Assembly: GCA_029261595.1 (NCBI GenBank)
Contig: JAJDAZ010000039.1
Span: forward strand, 21,861 to 85,860
DNA: 64,000 nucleotides
Reading direction: 5' to 3'
DNA from: Nitrospinaceae bacterium
GTDB taxonomy: Bacteria > Nitrospinota > Nitrospinia > Nitrospinales > VA-1
This document shows, one piece after another, positions 54,942-63,216 of the stretch (its first letter is position 1; every line of letters starts with the position of its first letter). Below the pieces are notes generated by a model. That model made no database searches. It was not told where the DNA came from and worked only from the letters and a program-made list of their open reading frames with translations. A program made the position numbers and the translations under genes.

Positions 54942-56821
54942 GCCACCGCAATAAGATTTTTAATGGAAGCCCCAGGGGCTGAATTGTCCTTGAACAGGGC
55001 CAGCTTTGCTTCCACCGGACCTGAAAAGTGCGGCAACCCCGGGGATACCTGCCGGTTTTGAAGATCAATATCCCGCAATCCCGAATTCAGGATGCCATTC
55101 AATTGTTTGTCGAGTGAACTTAGAATACCGTTTTCCGGATTGTTAAACAAGTCCAACACTTCATCGGCGTTGATGTTCAATGCACGATTCAGTGTTCCCG
55201 TATCGACCGTGAACGTGTCGTCTTCCAACGAGCGAATCCCGATGGAACTCAACCGCTGGTTCAAGTCCCGCGTTCCGTTATTGAGAGAAAGCCTCCTGCC
55301 GCTTTGCAGCGCCTGAACGAAAGAGGACACGGACAACTCCTGCACCCTGTTTTTGTCCGTGTTGCTGACCTCGACTCCGATCAAGGCCGGATTTTCAGCA
55401 AATCCCCGCACCTGATCGATGTTGCGGTTGCGCTGGCCAAGTTCCCTGGTTTTTTCCTGAGGCGGTCCGGTGAGGTCGTTGCGAAATTTCTGCACATCCG
55501 GATCGTTGCCGAGAGTTCTCGATCCGGCCAGGAGATCGTTCAAAGTGATGACCGAATCGTTGAACTGATCAAACAGAGACTTGATTTGGGAAACCACCTC
55601 AGTGGTGTCGATAAAAAGGCGGATCGTCGCCTGACGTCGCGATACTTGTTTGACCGTTAACGTGGTGTTTTCCACCACGTTTTGAAACACGTTGGAAGGG
55701 TTGCTGGCGACGGCGCCATCGACCTCTATTTCCGCGTTTTGCAGGGTTTTGTTTAAGTTGACGCCGGGATTGTTCGCATCGAACTGGCGTTCTTTCAGCA
55801 CGGGGTTGCCTTGGCGATCCCCCTCAAAGAAACCCAGGCTCAAAAGGACATTGTCCTCGTCACGCAGGTTGATTCCTGTATCGCTTCCCGACAAGCTGGT
55901 CAACACGAGCCGGTTGTCCTGAACGCTGGCGATCACATTGGTTTTGCTGATTCCACCATCGATACGGCCATTGTTGTTGGCGTCCTCAGCAGGGTCCAAA
56001 GCCCCGTTGCCGTTTGCATCTTCGTTGACGAATATTGCCGATCCAAACTCGGTGGCGGCGAAACTGTAGGTATCCAGAATATTATTTTCGTTTAGATCTT
56101 CCGGCCCGTCCAAACTCCCGTTGTTGTTCCCGTCTTCGCCAAAATTGATTTTATTTTTTATTTCAAAAACCGAATCCGACGCCACCACCGTCACTTTGGA
56201 CCCGTTGACGAAAAAACTTCCCGAAAGGCCAAGGGAACCCAGAGGAGCCGACTGTTCATCCGAAACCAGAACCCTCTCCTGAGCCAGTCGGGAAACCCGC
56301 ACTGAAAAACTTGTCTGGGGGCTGTCCTGGCCTGCGGACACCTGGACCTCCTCCGGTCGGGAGGATTTCCCCTGGCGAATATTGAGGGAATCGTTTTCCT
56401 GCAACCGGGATACCCGGCTTTGCAGATTATTGAGCGAGCTTTTCAGGTCATTGAGCCGGTTGATTTTCAATTCGCGAAACCGGGCCGTTTTGTCAAGATC
56501 ATCGGCGATAGAGGTTGAGGACGAATTCTCTTTTAGGGAGAGAAACCGGATCGCGTCCCCTGTGTTAAACAGCGCTACGGTTCCAATGGCCTCCAGGGTT
56601 GGAACATTATTCCGGGATGATGAAATGGAATTGAACAGAATGTCCCGTTTGGAAGTCGGAGGTTCCTGAGCGCTGTCGATCTTTTCCTCAAGGTTTTGTT
56701 CTGCCTGGGAAGTTTTTCTGGCGGGCGTATCGGAAAAGATGAGAAAAGCGGCGTTTTGATTTCCCGTAACTTGCATGACTGGACCCATTATATCAATGCG
56801 GGCTCCAGGGAAATCGTTCAA
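54938..56821 (-). CDS. fliD: FliD-like flagellar filament cap protein with an atypical N-terminus and EF-hand-like insert
   Basis: Central FSVRVSRLAQ...GSFFVNGSKVTVVASDSVFEIKNKIN, then TLTVKQVS...IKSLFDQFNDSVITLNDLL. C-terminal LSSIGIRSLEDDTFTVDTGTLNRALNINADEVLDLF also matches the FliD pattern. The start is uncertain (TTG 56821, ATG 56788 or 56776). Confidence 0.65.
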   Translation of the reverse strand: MNDFPGARIDIMGPVMQVTGNQNAAFLIFSDTPARKTSQAEQNLEEKIDSAQEPPTSKRDILFNSISSSRNNVPTLEAIGTVALFNTGDAIRFLSLKENSSSTSIADDLDKTARFRELKINRLNDLKSSLNNLQSRVSRLQENDSLNIRQGKSSRPEEVQVSAGQDSPQTSFSVRVSRLAQERVLVSDEQSAPLGSLGLSGSFFVNGSKVTVVASDSVFEIKNKINFGEDGNNNGSLDGPEDLNENNILDTYSFAATEFGSAIFVNEDANGNGALDPAEDANNNGRIDGGISKTNVIASVQDNRLVLTSLSGSDTGINLRDEDNVLLSLGFFEGDRQGNPVLKERQFDANNPGVNLNKTLQNAEIEVDGAVASNPSNVFQNVVENTTLTVKQVSRRQATIRLFIDTTEVVSQIKSLFDQFNDSVITLNDLLAGSRTLGNDPDVQKFRNDLTGPPQEKTRELGQRNRNIDQVRGFAENPALIGVEVSNTDKNRVQELSVSSFVQALQSGRRLSLNNGTRDLNQRLSSIGIRSLEDDTFTVDTGTLNRALNINADEVLDLFNNPENGILSSLDKQLNGILNSGLRDIDLQNRQVSPGLPHFSGPVEAKLALFKDNSAPGASIKNLIAVA

Positions 56822-56880
56822 GTGAGGGGATCATTCGCCGATAAGTGCATTAGGTCAGGCCAATGCAGGACAGGCGATCC

Positions 56881-56907
56881 AACAAAAAACGCCCGCTTCG
56901 CCGGCGT
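56881..56907 (-). terminator. Intrinsic terminator / attenuator-like hairpin upstream of the fliD-like gene
   Basis: On the minus strand: ACGCCGGC-gaa-GCGGGCGT followed by TTTTTGTT. Lies ~60 nt upstream of the fliD-like start. Confidence 0.6.
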
Positions 56908-57125
56908 CGTTCACGATGCGGTGGAAGCCTCCAATAAAAGCCGGAGGGTTTCGCCGAATCACGACAGGCTCCTTTTCAGACGTAACGTGGCTCAAACCTA
57001 TTTATTGAATTGGGGGCGACCAACCATACCAATTCATAAAACGGGTTTGTCCTCATCTCCCGCCAATGGGCAGAGTTTGAGGGTTTTAAGCTGTCTCCTC
57101 TAAGACATGTTTCCCTGAAAACTAT

Positions 57126-57149
57126 CCCGTCCAGCGCGACGCTGGCGGG
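57126..57149 (-). terminator. GC-rich hairpin immediately after the 266-aa gene
   Basis: 10-bp stem (one bulge) CCCGCCAGCG-tcg-CGCTGGaCGGG, then ATAGTTTTC on the minus strand. Confidence 0.45.
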
Positions 57150-57157
57150 CGTGTAAA

Positions 57158-57958
57158 CTAAATCAAATTATCGACATTCTGACCGGTTTCCGTTTGAACG
57201 CTGGACGGACTCGGCGGTTGCCGGGTGCTTCCCGCCTCATCGCTTCGGACATTGTCATTCGCAAATTTAGCCTGTCCCGTTTCTCCTGGCTCAACCTCTT
57301 CAATGATGCGTTGAGACGGAATTTCAAACACGGTTTCCTTTGCGGCTTCCGCCCTTTCACGGGGGCCTTCAATCTCTTCCGCCGACTTGGAAAGTTTCCT
57401 CGGTTCAACCAGAGTCTCATCCTCGTTTGAAGATTCCCTCACCTGAGCTTCTGAATTTTGGTTGTTGCGGGCCTGGGTTTTTGTTTGATCGCGGACTTCG
57501 GCCTCTTGCCTGGATTCGGTGCGACGTCTTTCGACATTAACTTCCTGAGCGCCGTTTCCGGAAGGAGCTTCAGGTTGAGTTCGATCAACCCCGCCTTCAT
57601 AATTTCGTGTTCCTGGAGTATTGACTTCATTCTGGTCATTCAATCGTTGCGACGCCCCGCGCTCATTGGCCCTTTGCTCGCTGGGCGGACGCAGGTTGTC
57701 CACATTCCTTGCCCCTTCTTCGACCCGGGTTTCTCGGGTTTGACTCTGGGCCTCGCGGCTCAATTGAACCCGATCCGGGGTGGGCTCGGCCGTGCTGGCG
57801 GAATCGTTTACCTTTTGCTGGTCGATCCGGTCGCTTCTGCCATTTTCTGCTGCTTCTCCGGTATCCGGTGGCACCTGCTCGTTTTGACGAGGGCCTGGAG
57901 ATGAATACGAGCGAACGGCCTCCTGAATGTTGTTCGTTGATTCGCTAACTTGTGCCAT
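57158..57958 (-). CDS. Intrinsically disordered polar/acidic protein at the flaG position of a late flagellar operon
   Basis: 266 aa, rich in E/Q/R/N/S/T/P with no hydrophobic core. Has a strong AGGAGG SD 8 nt upstream of the ATG, and a sigma-28 promoter ~210 nt upstream. Confidence 0.7.
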   Translation of the reverse strand: MAQVSESTNNIQEAVRSYSSPGPRQNEQVPPDTGEAAENGRSDRIDQQKVNDSASTAEPTPDRVQLSREAQSQTRETRVEEGARNVDNLRPPSEQRANERGASQRLNDQNEVNTPGTRNYEGGVDRTQPEAPSGNGAQEVNVERRRTESRQEAEVRDQTKTQARNNQNSEAQVRESSNEDETLVEPRKLSKSAEEIEGPRERAEAAKETVFEIPSQRIIEEVEPGETGQAKFANDNVRSDEAGSTRQPPSPSSVQTETGQNVDNLI

Positions 57959-58044
57959 GATCTTTTCCTCCTAAAAAAACAGAAACTCCGGCTGAAAAAT
58001 TTCAATCCACCCGTATTTTCGCAAAACAATTGAAAAACCGTCAT

Positions 58045-58071
58045 TAAAGTTTCAGGTTTTGCGGCCGATGA
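58045..58071 (+). promoter_or_regulatory. Near-consensus sigma-28 (FliA) promoter, plus strand, with no downstream gene
   Basis: TAAAGTTT (58045-58052), 11 nt spacer, GCCGATGA (58064-58071). This is 15/16 matches to TAAAGTTT-N11-GCCGATAA. Confidence 0.7.
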
Positions 58072-58177
58072 GTGGTTTAAGATATTTATTATTAAAATTT
58101 GGTAAATTTCAAAAAAGCCCACCTCAAAGACTCAAAAAAGCACATCCCATAAAAATGAACGAGGAAATACGCTTTTC

Positions 58178-58204
58178 TTGTCGGATAAACTTTCTGAAAC
58201 TTTA
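58178..58204 (-). promoter_or_regulatory. Sigma-28 (FliA) promoter for the 266-aa gene / fliD-like operon
   Basis: On the minus strand: TAAAGTTT (58204-58197), 11 nt spacer, TCCGACAA (58185-58178), 14/16 matches. Shares the 12-mer TTAAAGTTTCAG with the plus-strand promoter. Confidence 0.65.
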
Positions 58205-58340
58205 ACTATAGTTTAGAGTTAATTTAAAAAAAATCAATTAGATAGGGGATTCTGGCGGGGTTGGAACCGAAGGGCTCCGGGAAAACCATTGCAAAACCCG
58301 TTGTTCGGGGTCATTCAGGAAAACGAGAAATTTGTAGATA

Positions 58341-58946
58341 TTAATCGCTCTTTCGATAAACTTTGGGCAGTTGCTCTCGCCAATCGTTGTAGTAAGGCAG
58401 AATTTCATATTCCAGCAAATCGGCGAGCAGTACCCAATCCTGATTTTGATTGGCCTCCACCAATTGTCCGGTCAATTCCACTAAATGGCCTTGCCGTTCC
58501 TGGAAATTTTTTCCATCAAAAACAATATTGGTCGATTCAGAATCGATGGCTTGGGTTATGGAATCCACCACCTGGGAAAACCAGTCCATGCCATCGATGA
58601 TATTGATGAAAAATTTATTCGCCTCCTGCTCGTTTCCAGACCTGAAAAGATCAGCTGCGGTCTGGATGCCAGGAACCAGTTTCAGGAGATAATTCTGCGC
58701 ATTGATAATATTTTTTTCCAGAATTTGATTTAAAGAGAGAATTTCGGTTTCCAGCGTCTCAATTTGAGAAATCAGCGTTTGTCTGGTTTCGGGGGAATCC
58801 ACGAACACTTCTTTTTCATTCAGCCGAATATTTCCGAAACAATTTCCAAGGGCAGGTTCATTTTCGAGGATATGATCTAGAAGATCTCCCAGAGTATCCC
58901 CTTCGCAGGACAGGCTTTTTTCCATACCATTAACGATTATTTTCAT
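58341..58946 (-). CDS. Hypothetical protein in the flagellar cluster
   Basis: 201-aa ORF with an AAGGGG SD, helical C-terminal two-thirds, and no family recognised. Divergent from the flagellin-family gene. Confidence 0.65.
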   Translation of the reverse strand: MKIIVNGMEKSLSCEGDTLGDLLDHILENEPALGNCFGNIRLNEKEVFVDSPETRQTLISQIETLETEILSLNQILEKNIINAQNYLLKLVPGIQTAADLFRSGNEQEANKFFINIIDGMDWFSQVVDSITQAIDSESTNIVFDGKNFQERQGHLVELTGQLVEANQNQDWVLLADLLEYEILPYYNDWREQLPKVYRKSD

Positions 58947-59144
58947 CAGACCCCTTCGGTTGAAACGTTATAGGACTCTGCACGACGCATATTCTAATCA
59001 TTGTCGCAAACCATTGCAACATTCAATAAGATTTGATAAACCGCCCGTCCGGCGACTTGCCGTTGACAATGAAATCAACCCGGTTAAACTTGTTAAATGT
59101 TTATAACTACAGAACTTAGCTTGAAATTACCGAGGCCATAATCC

Positions 59145-59996
59145 ATGTTTCGCCCCCTCAATTCAAGTGGCACGAATCAACTTCTGAACATAATCCAGAA
59201 GAACAAATCCGGTCTGGGCGATTCCCTGCAAAAAATTGCCTCTGGTCGCCGCCTGAACCGGGCCGGGGAGGACTCTGCGTCCAATGCCATCGCGACCCAG
59301 TTGCGCTCGGATATTCGCGCCTTGACTCAGGCCACCCGCAACGTGGACGCCGGAGCCAATTTTATTCGGTCGACCGAAGGGGGGTTGAATTCCATTTCTG
59401 ACCTGGTCGCCAGAGGACGGGAGTTGTCTTTGCAAGCGGCAAACGGGACCCTGGGCGATACCGAAAGGCAGACATTGAATGCGGAATTCACCCAGATAAA
59501 GAACGAAATAGACAGGATCTCAGCATCCAGCGAATTCAACGGCCAAAAGCTGTTGGACGGCTCATTGAGCCCTCAGTCCGCCACCCAGATTGACATCCAG
59601 TCGGGAATCGGGAGCGGTCCCGAAAACCAGATCAACCTGAACGTCGTTGATTCCGCCGACACCCAATCGCTGGGGGTCGACGCCAGCGACATCTCCACCG
59701 CCGACGGAGCCCTGCAGGCCCTGGGAGACCTCGATCAGGCGACGGAGAGCTTAAATGCTTCAAGAGGACAGGTTGGGGCGGTGGCCAACCGGCTGGTCAC
59801 GACGTCCAACGGCCTGGGAACAACCATAGAAAATCTCACACGGTCCGAATCTGCGCTCGCCGATACGGATCTGACTCAGGAAATTTCAGATTTACAACGC
59901 GGGTTGGCCTTGACCCAAACCTCCATCAAGACCCTGGCTGCTTCGCTCAAGCAAAATGAGCGTGCCACCGGCCGCCTCATCAATTTTAGGATTTAA
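59145..59996 (+). CDS. Flagellin-family protein (FliC/FlgL-like N and C domains)
   Basis: N-domain LQKIASGRRLNRAGEDSASNAIATQLRSDIRAL...GTLGDTERQTLNAEFTQIKNEIDRISASSEFNGQKLLDG. C-domain SRGQVGAVANRL...ALADTDLTQEISDLQR. Only 283 aa, so there is little variable domain. Confidence 0.8.
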   Translation: MFRPLNSSGTNQLLNIIQKNKSGLGDSLQKIASGRRLNRAGEDSASNAIATQLRSDIRALTQATRNVDAGANFIRSTEGGLNSISDLVARGRELSLQAANGTLGDTERQTLNAEFTQIKNEIDRISASSEFNGQKLLDGSLSPQSATQIDIQSGIGSGPENQINLNVVDSADTQSLGVDASDISTADGALQALGDLDQATESLNASRGQVGAVANRLVTTSNGLGTTIENLTRSESALADTDLTQEISDLQRGLALTQTSIKTLAASLKQNERATGRLINFRI

Positions 59997-60024
59997 CTTC
60001 TCCGTTCCAAGCGCTCTTCTTGAG

Positions 60025-60052
60025 AACTTTTCCCTGTGTCAGGGTTCTTTTC
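60025..60052 (+). terminator. Terminator-like hairpin after the flagellin-family gene
   Basis: GAA..CCCTG-tgt-CAGGG-TTC followed by TTTT. Confidence 0.5.
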
Positions 60053-60133
60053 GATTGGTTCTTGACCCCTTCTTTCTGAAATGATATTAAATGACTCCTT
60101 CATAACAATCGGAATTTTTCTGGAGAGGGTTCA

Positions 60134-60334
60134 ATGGAAGTCAATACGATTAAGATAGAGATCAGGAAGCATCACGTGACTCCGGGGGTGAATGTCCTGG
60201 ACCTGATCATTGATGCCGACGGCGAGAAAATTGTCAAGCAAACCCAGCACAAGGACACCGATCAGTCGTACCAGCATTTTGTGAAAGAGGCGATTCGAAT
60301 CTCGAAAGAACTGGCGGAAGCCAGGATAGAATAA
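60134..60334 (+). CDS. Hypothetical small protein
   Basis: 66 aa with a GGAGAGGG SD upstream of the ATG. No family recognised. Confidence 0.4.
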   Translation: MEVNTIKIEIRKHHVTPGVNVLDLIIDADGEKIVKQTQHKDTDQSYQHFVKEAIRISKELAEARIE

Positions 60335-60399
60335 TTGGTGAATTCAAGATATTGACCCTGGCCGCCCAGGAAGGAATTTCGGGGAAGGCTCTGGAAGGA

Positions 60400-61461
60400 T
60401 CAGGAAACCGGTTCGCGGCTGAGATTCATTTTTTTCAGTTTCTCGACCAGCGTGGTGCGGTTCAGGCCGAGAAGATTGGCGGCTTTGTTTTTGACCCAAT
60501 TCGTTTTTTCCAGAGCTTCTAAAATCAATCCCCGTTCAAAATCCTCCACCGCCTTTTTTAGATTCATGCCTTCATCCGGCAGGCTCATGGCGTAAGTTTT
60601 TCTTAATGAAACCTGTAAAACCTGAGCCGGACTTTCCTCAATCTCTTCGTTCTCGAGTGTGTTCCAGTTTCCTCTGGGGTGGTCTCCCAGGACTTTATCC
60701 GGCAAATCCCTGGGAGTGATGACGGGCCCCGGACTGAGAACCACCATCCTCTCAATAAAATTCGCCAGCTCGCGAATATTTCCCGGCCATTCATAAGCGA
60801 TCAGAATTGCCATCGCCTCATTGCTGACGGTTTTTTGAGAGCCATTGTTTGTCGGGTTGTGTTTGGCAAGAAAAAACCGGACCAGCAGGGGGATGTCGGA
60901 TTTCCTTTCCCTGAGAGGCGGCATGACGACCGGAATAATATTCAGCCGGTAATACAAATCCTCTCGGAAGCTTCCGTTTTGCATCGACTGCTCAAGATTT
61001 CTATGCGTTGCGGCGATCACCCGGATATCAATGGGGATCGACTTGGAACCACCGATGCGATCGATTTCGCGTTCCGCCAGCACCCTTAAGAGCTTGACTT
61101 GAAGGGTCAAGGGCATGTCGCCAATTTCATCGAGAAAAACCGTTCCCTGATGGGCCATTTCCATTCGTCCGATGCGGGTGACCCCCGCTCCGGTGAACGC
61201 GCCCTTTTCGTAACCGAATAATTCACTTTCTAAAAGTTCGCTCGGAATGGCGGCGCAGTTAACAGCGACAAATGGTTTGTCCGCACGCAGACTGTTGGCA
61301 TGCAAGGCCCGCGCGATGATCTCTTTGCCGGTACCGCTCTCGCCAAAAACCATGACCGTACTGTCTGTGGGAGCGGCCTTTTCGATCAACTCAAAGACTT
61401 CGCGGATGGGTTTGCTTTCGCCTACTATTTGGAAGGAATTTGTGTGGAACTTTATATTCAT
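60400..61461 (-). CDS. Sigma-54-dependent transcriptional activator lacking an N-terminal regulatory domain
   Basis: The AAA+ core starts at about residue 12 ([11 protein letters not shown]..., [14 protein letters not shown]). Has a C-terminal Fis-type HTH ([20 protein letters not shown]). Confidence 0.9.
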   Translation of the reverse strand: MNIKFHTNSFQIVGESKPIREVFELIEKAAPTDSTVMVFGESGTGKEIIARALHANSLRADKPFVAVNCAAIPSELLESELFGYEKGAFTGAGVTRIGRMEMAHQGTVFLDEIGDMPLTLQVKLLRVLAEREIDRIGGSKSIPIDIRVIAATHRNLEQSMQNGSFREDLYYRLNIIPVVMPPLRERKSDIPLLVRFFLAKHNPTNNGSQKTVSNEAMAILIAYEWPGNIRELANFIERMVVLSPGPVITPRDLPDKVLGDHPRGNWNTLENEEIEESPAQVLQVSLRKTYAMSLPDEGMNLKKAVEDFERGLILEALEKTNWVKNKAANLLGLNRTTLVEKLKKMNLSREPVS

Positions 61462-61610
61462 AAATTAAAAGTTATTATATCCGTAACAGGATGATTGTCA
61501 AAAAAAACCCGAGTGAAACTTTTATTCAATGACGAATAATTTTTATTGGCGCGATTACAACTTTAAAAATTTATGGTTTCGCACCTGACAAAACGATTTA
61601 AATGAAAAAA

Positions 61611-62990
61611 TTATTTACCGATACAAAACTCCCCAAAAATTTGATCGAGTAAATCTTCCGCAAAAGTTTTTCCTAAAATGATGGAGAGCTGATCCATCGC
61701 CATCGTGACATCCACCGCGACAAACTCTTCCGATAATTCCTGCTCAAGAGAAGCGCATGATTTTAACAACGCATCGCTTGCTTGCATCAGGCATTGCCGA
61801 TGTCTTTCACGCGTTATGACCAGCGTTTCGTTACAAGAAGAATCTCCCATCACGAATCGATAAATGCTTTCACGCAAAGCGTCCAATCCCGCGCCTGTTT
61901 TTGCAGAGAGGCGAATGAACTCTGCGTTGGGAAATTTTTTTTCAAGCGTCGGCACATCCACCTGTTCGGGCAGGTCGCATTTGTTTAAAAGGATCTTATA
62001 CGGTTTATCCACAGCCTCCCGTATGAGCAGGTCGTCGTTTGCATCGAGAGCCTCCGAGGCGTCAAAAATAACCAGCGCCAGATCGGCCCGGTTGAGCGCC
62101 GCTTTCGCTCTTTCAATGCCTTTCTTTTCAATAAGTTCTGGATTTTCTCGTATGCCTGCGGCATCGATGATATTGATGTGAATGTCGCGAATCCGCACCC
62201 GTTCCTCCAGGGTGTCTCTGGTGGTTCCGGGCATAGGCGTCACGATGGCCCGGTCTTCCTTGAGAAGGCCGTTTAGCAGGCTGGATTTCCCTACATTAGG
62301 TTTTCCGAGCAGGGCCACTTGCGCCCCTTCACGAAAAATTTTCCCCTGCCGGTACGTTTCAATGAGTGCATGTAAATCTTTTTGGATCGCTTGAATTTCT
62401 GCGAGGGTCGTTTCTCTTTTTTGAAACTCCAGTCCCTCTTCTGAAAAATCAATGGATGCTTCCAGTTGCGCGAGGACCGCGAGCAGCCTCTCGTACCATT
62501 CATTCAATTTGGATGAAAGACTTCCCTTGAGTTGAGAAACTGCCGACCGCAACGCCCTGTCTGACGCCGCATGGATAATATCGGTCACCGCTTCCGCCTG
62601 GGAGAGATCGATTCTGCCGTTTAAAAACGCGCGCCGTGTGAACTCTCCCGGTTCGGCCAGACGCGCTCCCTGATCCAGCAGAAGTTCAAGGATTTTGTTG
62701 GTGACAAAAAGCCCGCCATGGGCGCTGATTTCCACCACGTCTTCCGCCGTAAAACTTTTTGGCGCTTTAAAAAATGTCAGCAGGACTTCGTCCACCATCG
62801 CTTGCGTCCCGGGGTCATGGATTTCTCCAAAATAAGCACGCTGAGGAGCGAACTCTTTAAAGTGGGGGTCGGCGGAGGAGGGACGAAACAAAGCGGAGGC
62901 AAAGGCCAGGGATTTGGGTCCGCTCAAGCGGATCACGCTGATCCCCCCTTCACCTGCCGGGGTGGCGATGGCTGCGATGGTGTCGCTCAT
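61611..62990 (-). CDS. mnmE: tRNA modification GTPase MnmE
   Basis: N-terminal DTIAAIATP.G.GGI..IRLSG, G-domain GKPNVGKSSLLN and DTAG-like IIDAAGIR. Ends in the canonical FCIGK. Confidence 0.95.
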   Translation of the reverse strand: MSDTIAAIATPAGEGGISVIRLSGPKSLAFASALFRPSSADPHFKEFAPQRAYFGEIHDPGTQAMVDEVLLTFFKAPKSFTAEDVVEISAHGGLFVTNKILELLLDQGARLAEPGEFTRRAFLNGRIDLSQAEAVTDIIHAASDRALRSAVSQLKGSLSSKLNEWYERLLAVLAQLEASIDFSEEGLEFQKRETTLAEIQAIQKDLHALIETYRQGKIFREGAQVALLGKPNVGKSSLLNGLLKEDRAIVTPMPGTTRDTLEERVRIRDIHINIIDAAGIRENPELIEKKGIERAKAALNRADLALVIFDASEALDANDDLLIREAVDKPYKILLNKCDLPEQVDVPTLEKKFPNAEFIRLSAKTGAGLDALRESIYRFVMGDSSCNETLVITRERHRQCLMQASDALLKSCASLEQELSEEFVAVDVTMAMDQLSIILGKTFAEDLLDQIFGEFCIGK

Positions 62991-63216
62991 AATCCGCTAC
63001 GCGGAAGGAAAATTGGGGCTGACGTGCACTATGCTCACGAGCCCCTGAGATTCTATGGATGAAAAACTCAGCACTTGTGATATTTCACCCTTGTTTTCAT
63101 GCCCCTGTGGTGTCCTCTCCAATAACTTCATGCCTCGAAGGGATAGGGGGGGTAATGGAAGATTCGGTCAGCAATAAATCCACTGCCCGTTAGTACTGGG
63201 TCCAGCGGCACGCTGG

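Noticed and set aside
56818-56844. Third sigma-28-like element on the plus strand (TCAAGTGA-N11-GCCGATAA)
   Set aside because: The -10 is perfect, but a GCCGATAA 8-mer alone is expected about twice by chance in 128 kb of sequence. I saw it inside two coding regions (16489, 38755). The -35 matches only 5/8, and there is nothing to transcribe.
56845-56863. Sigma-54-like promoter on the minus strand upstream of the fliD-like gene (TGGCCT-N..-TGCA)
   Set aside because: The GG-to-GC spacing is 11 nt rather than the invariant 10, and the -24 element deviates from the consensus (TGGCCT vs TGGCAC).
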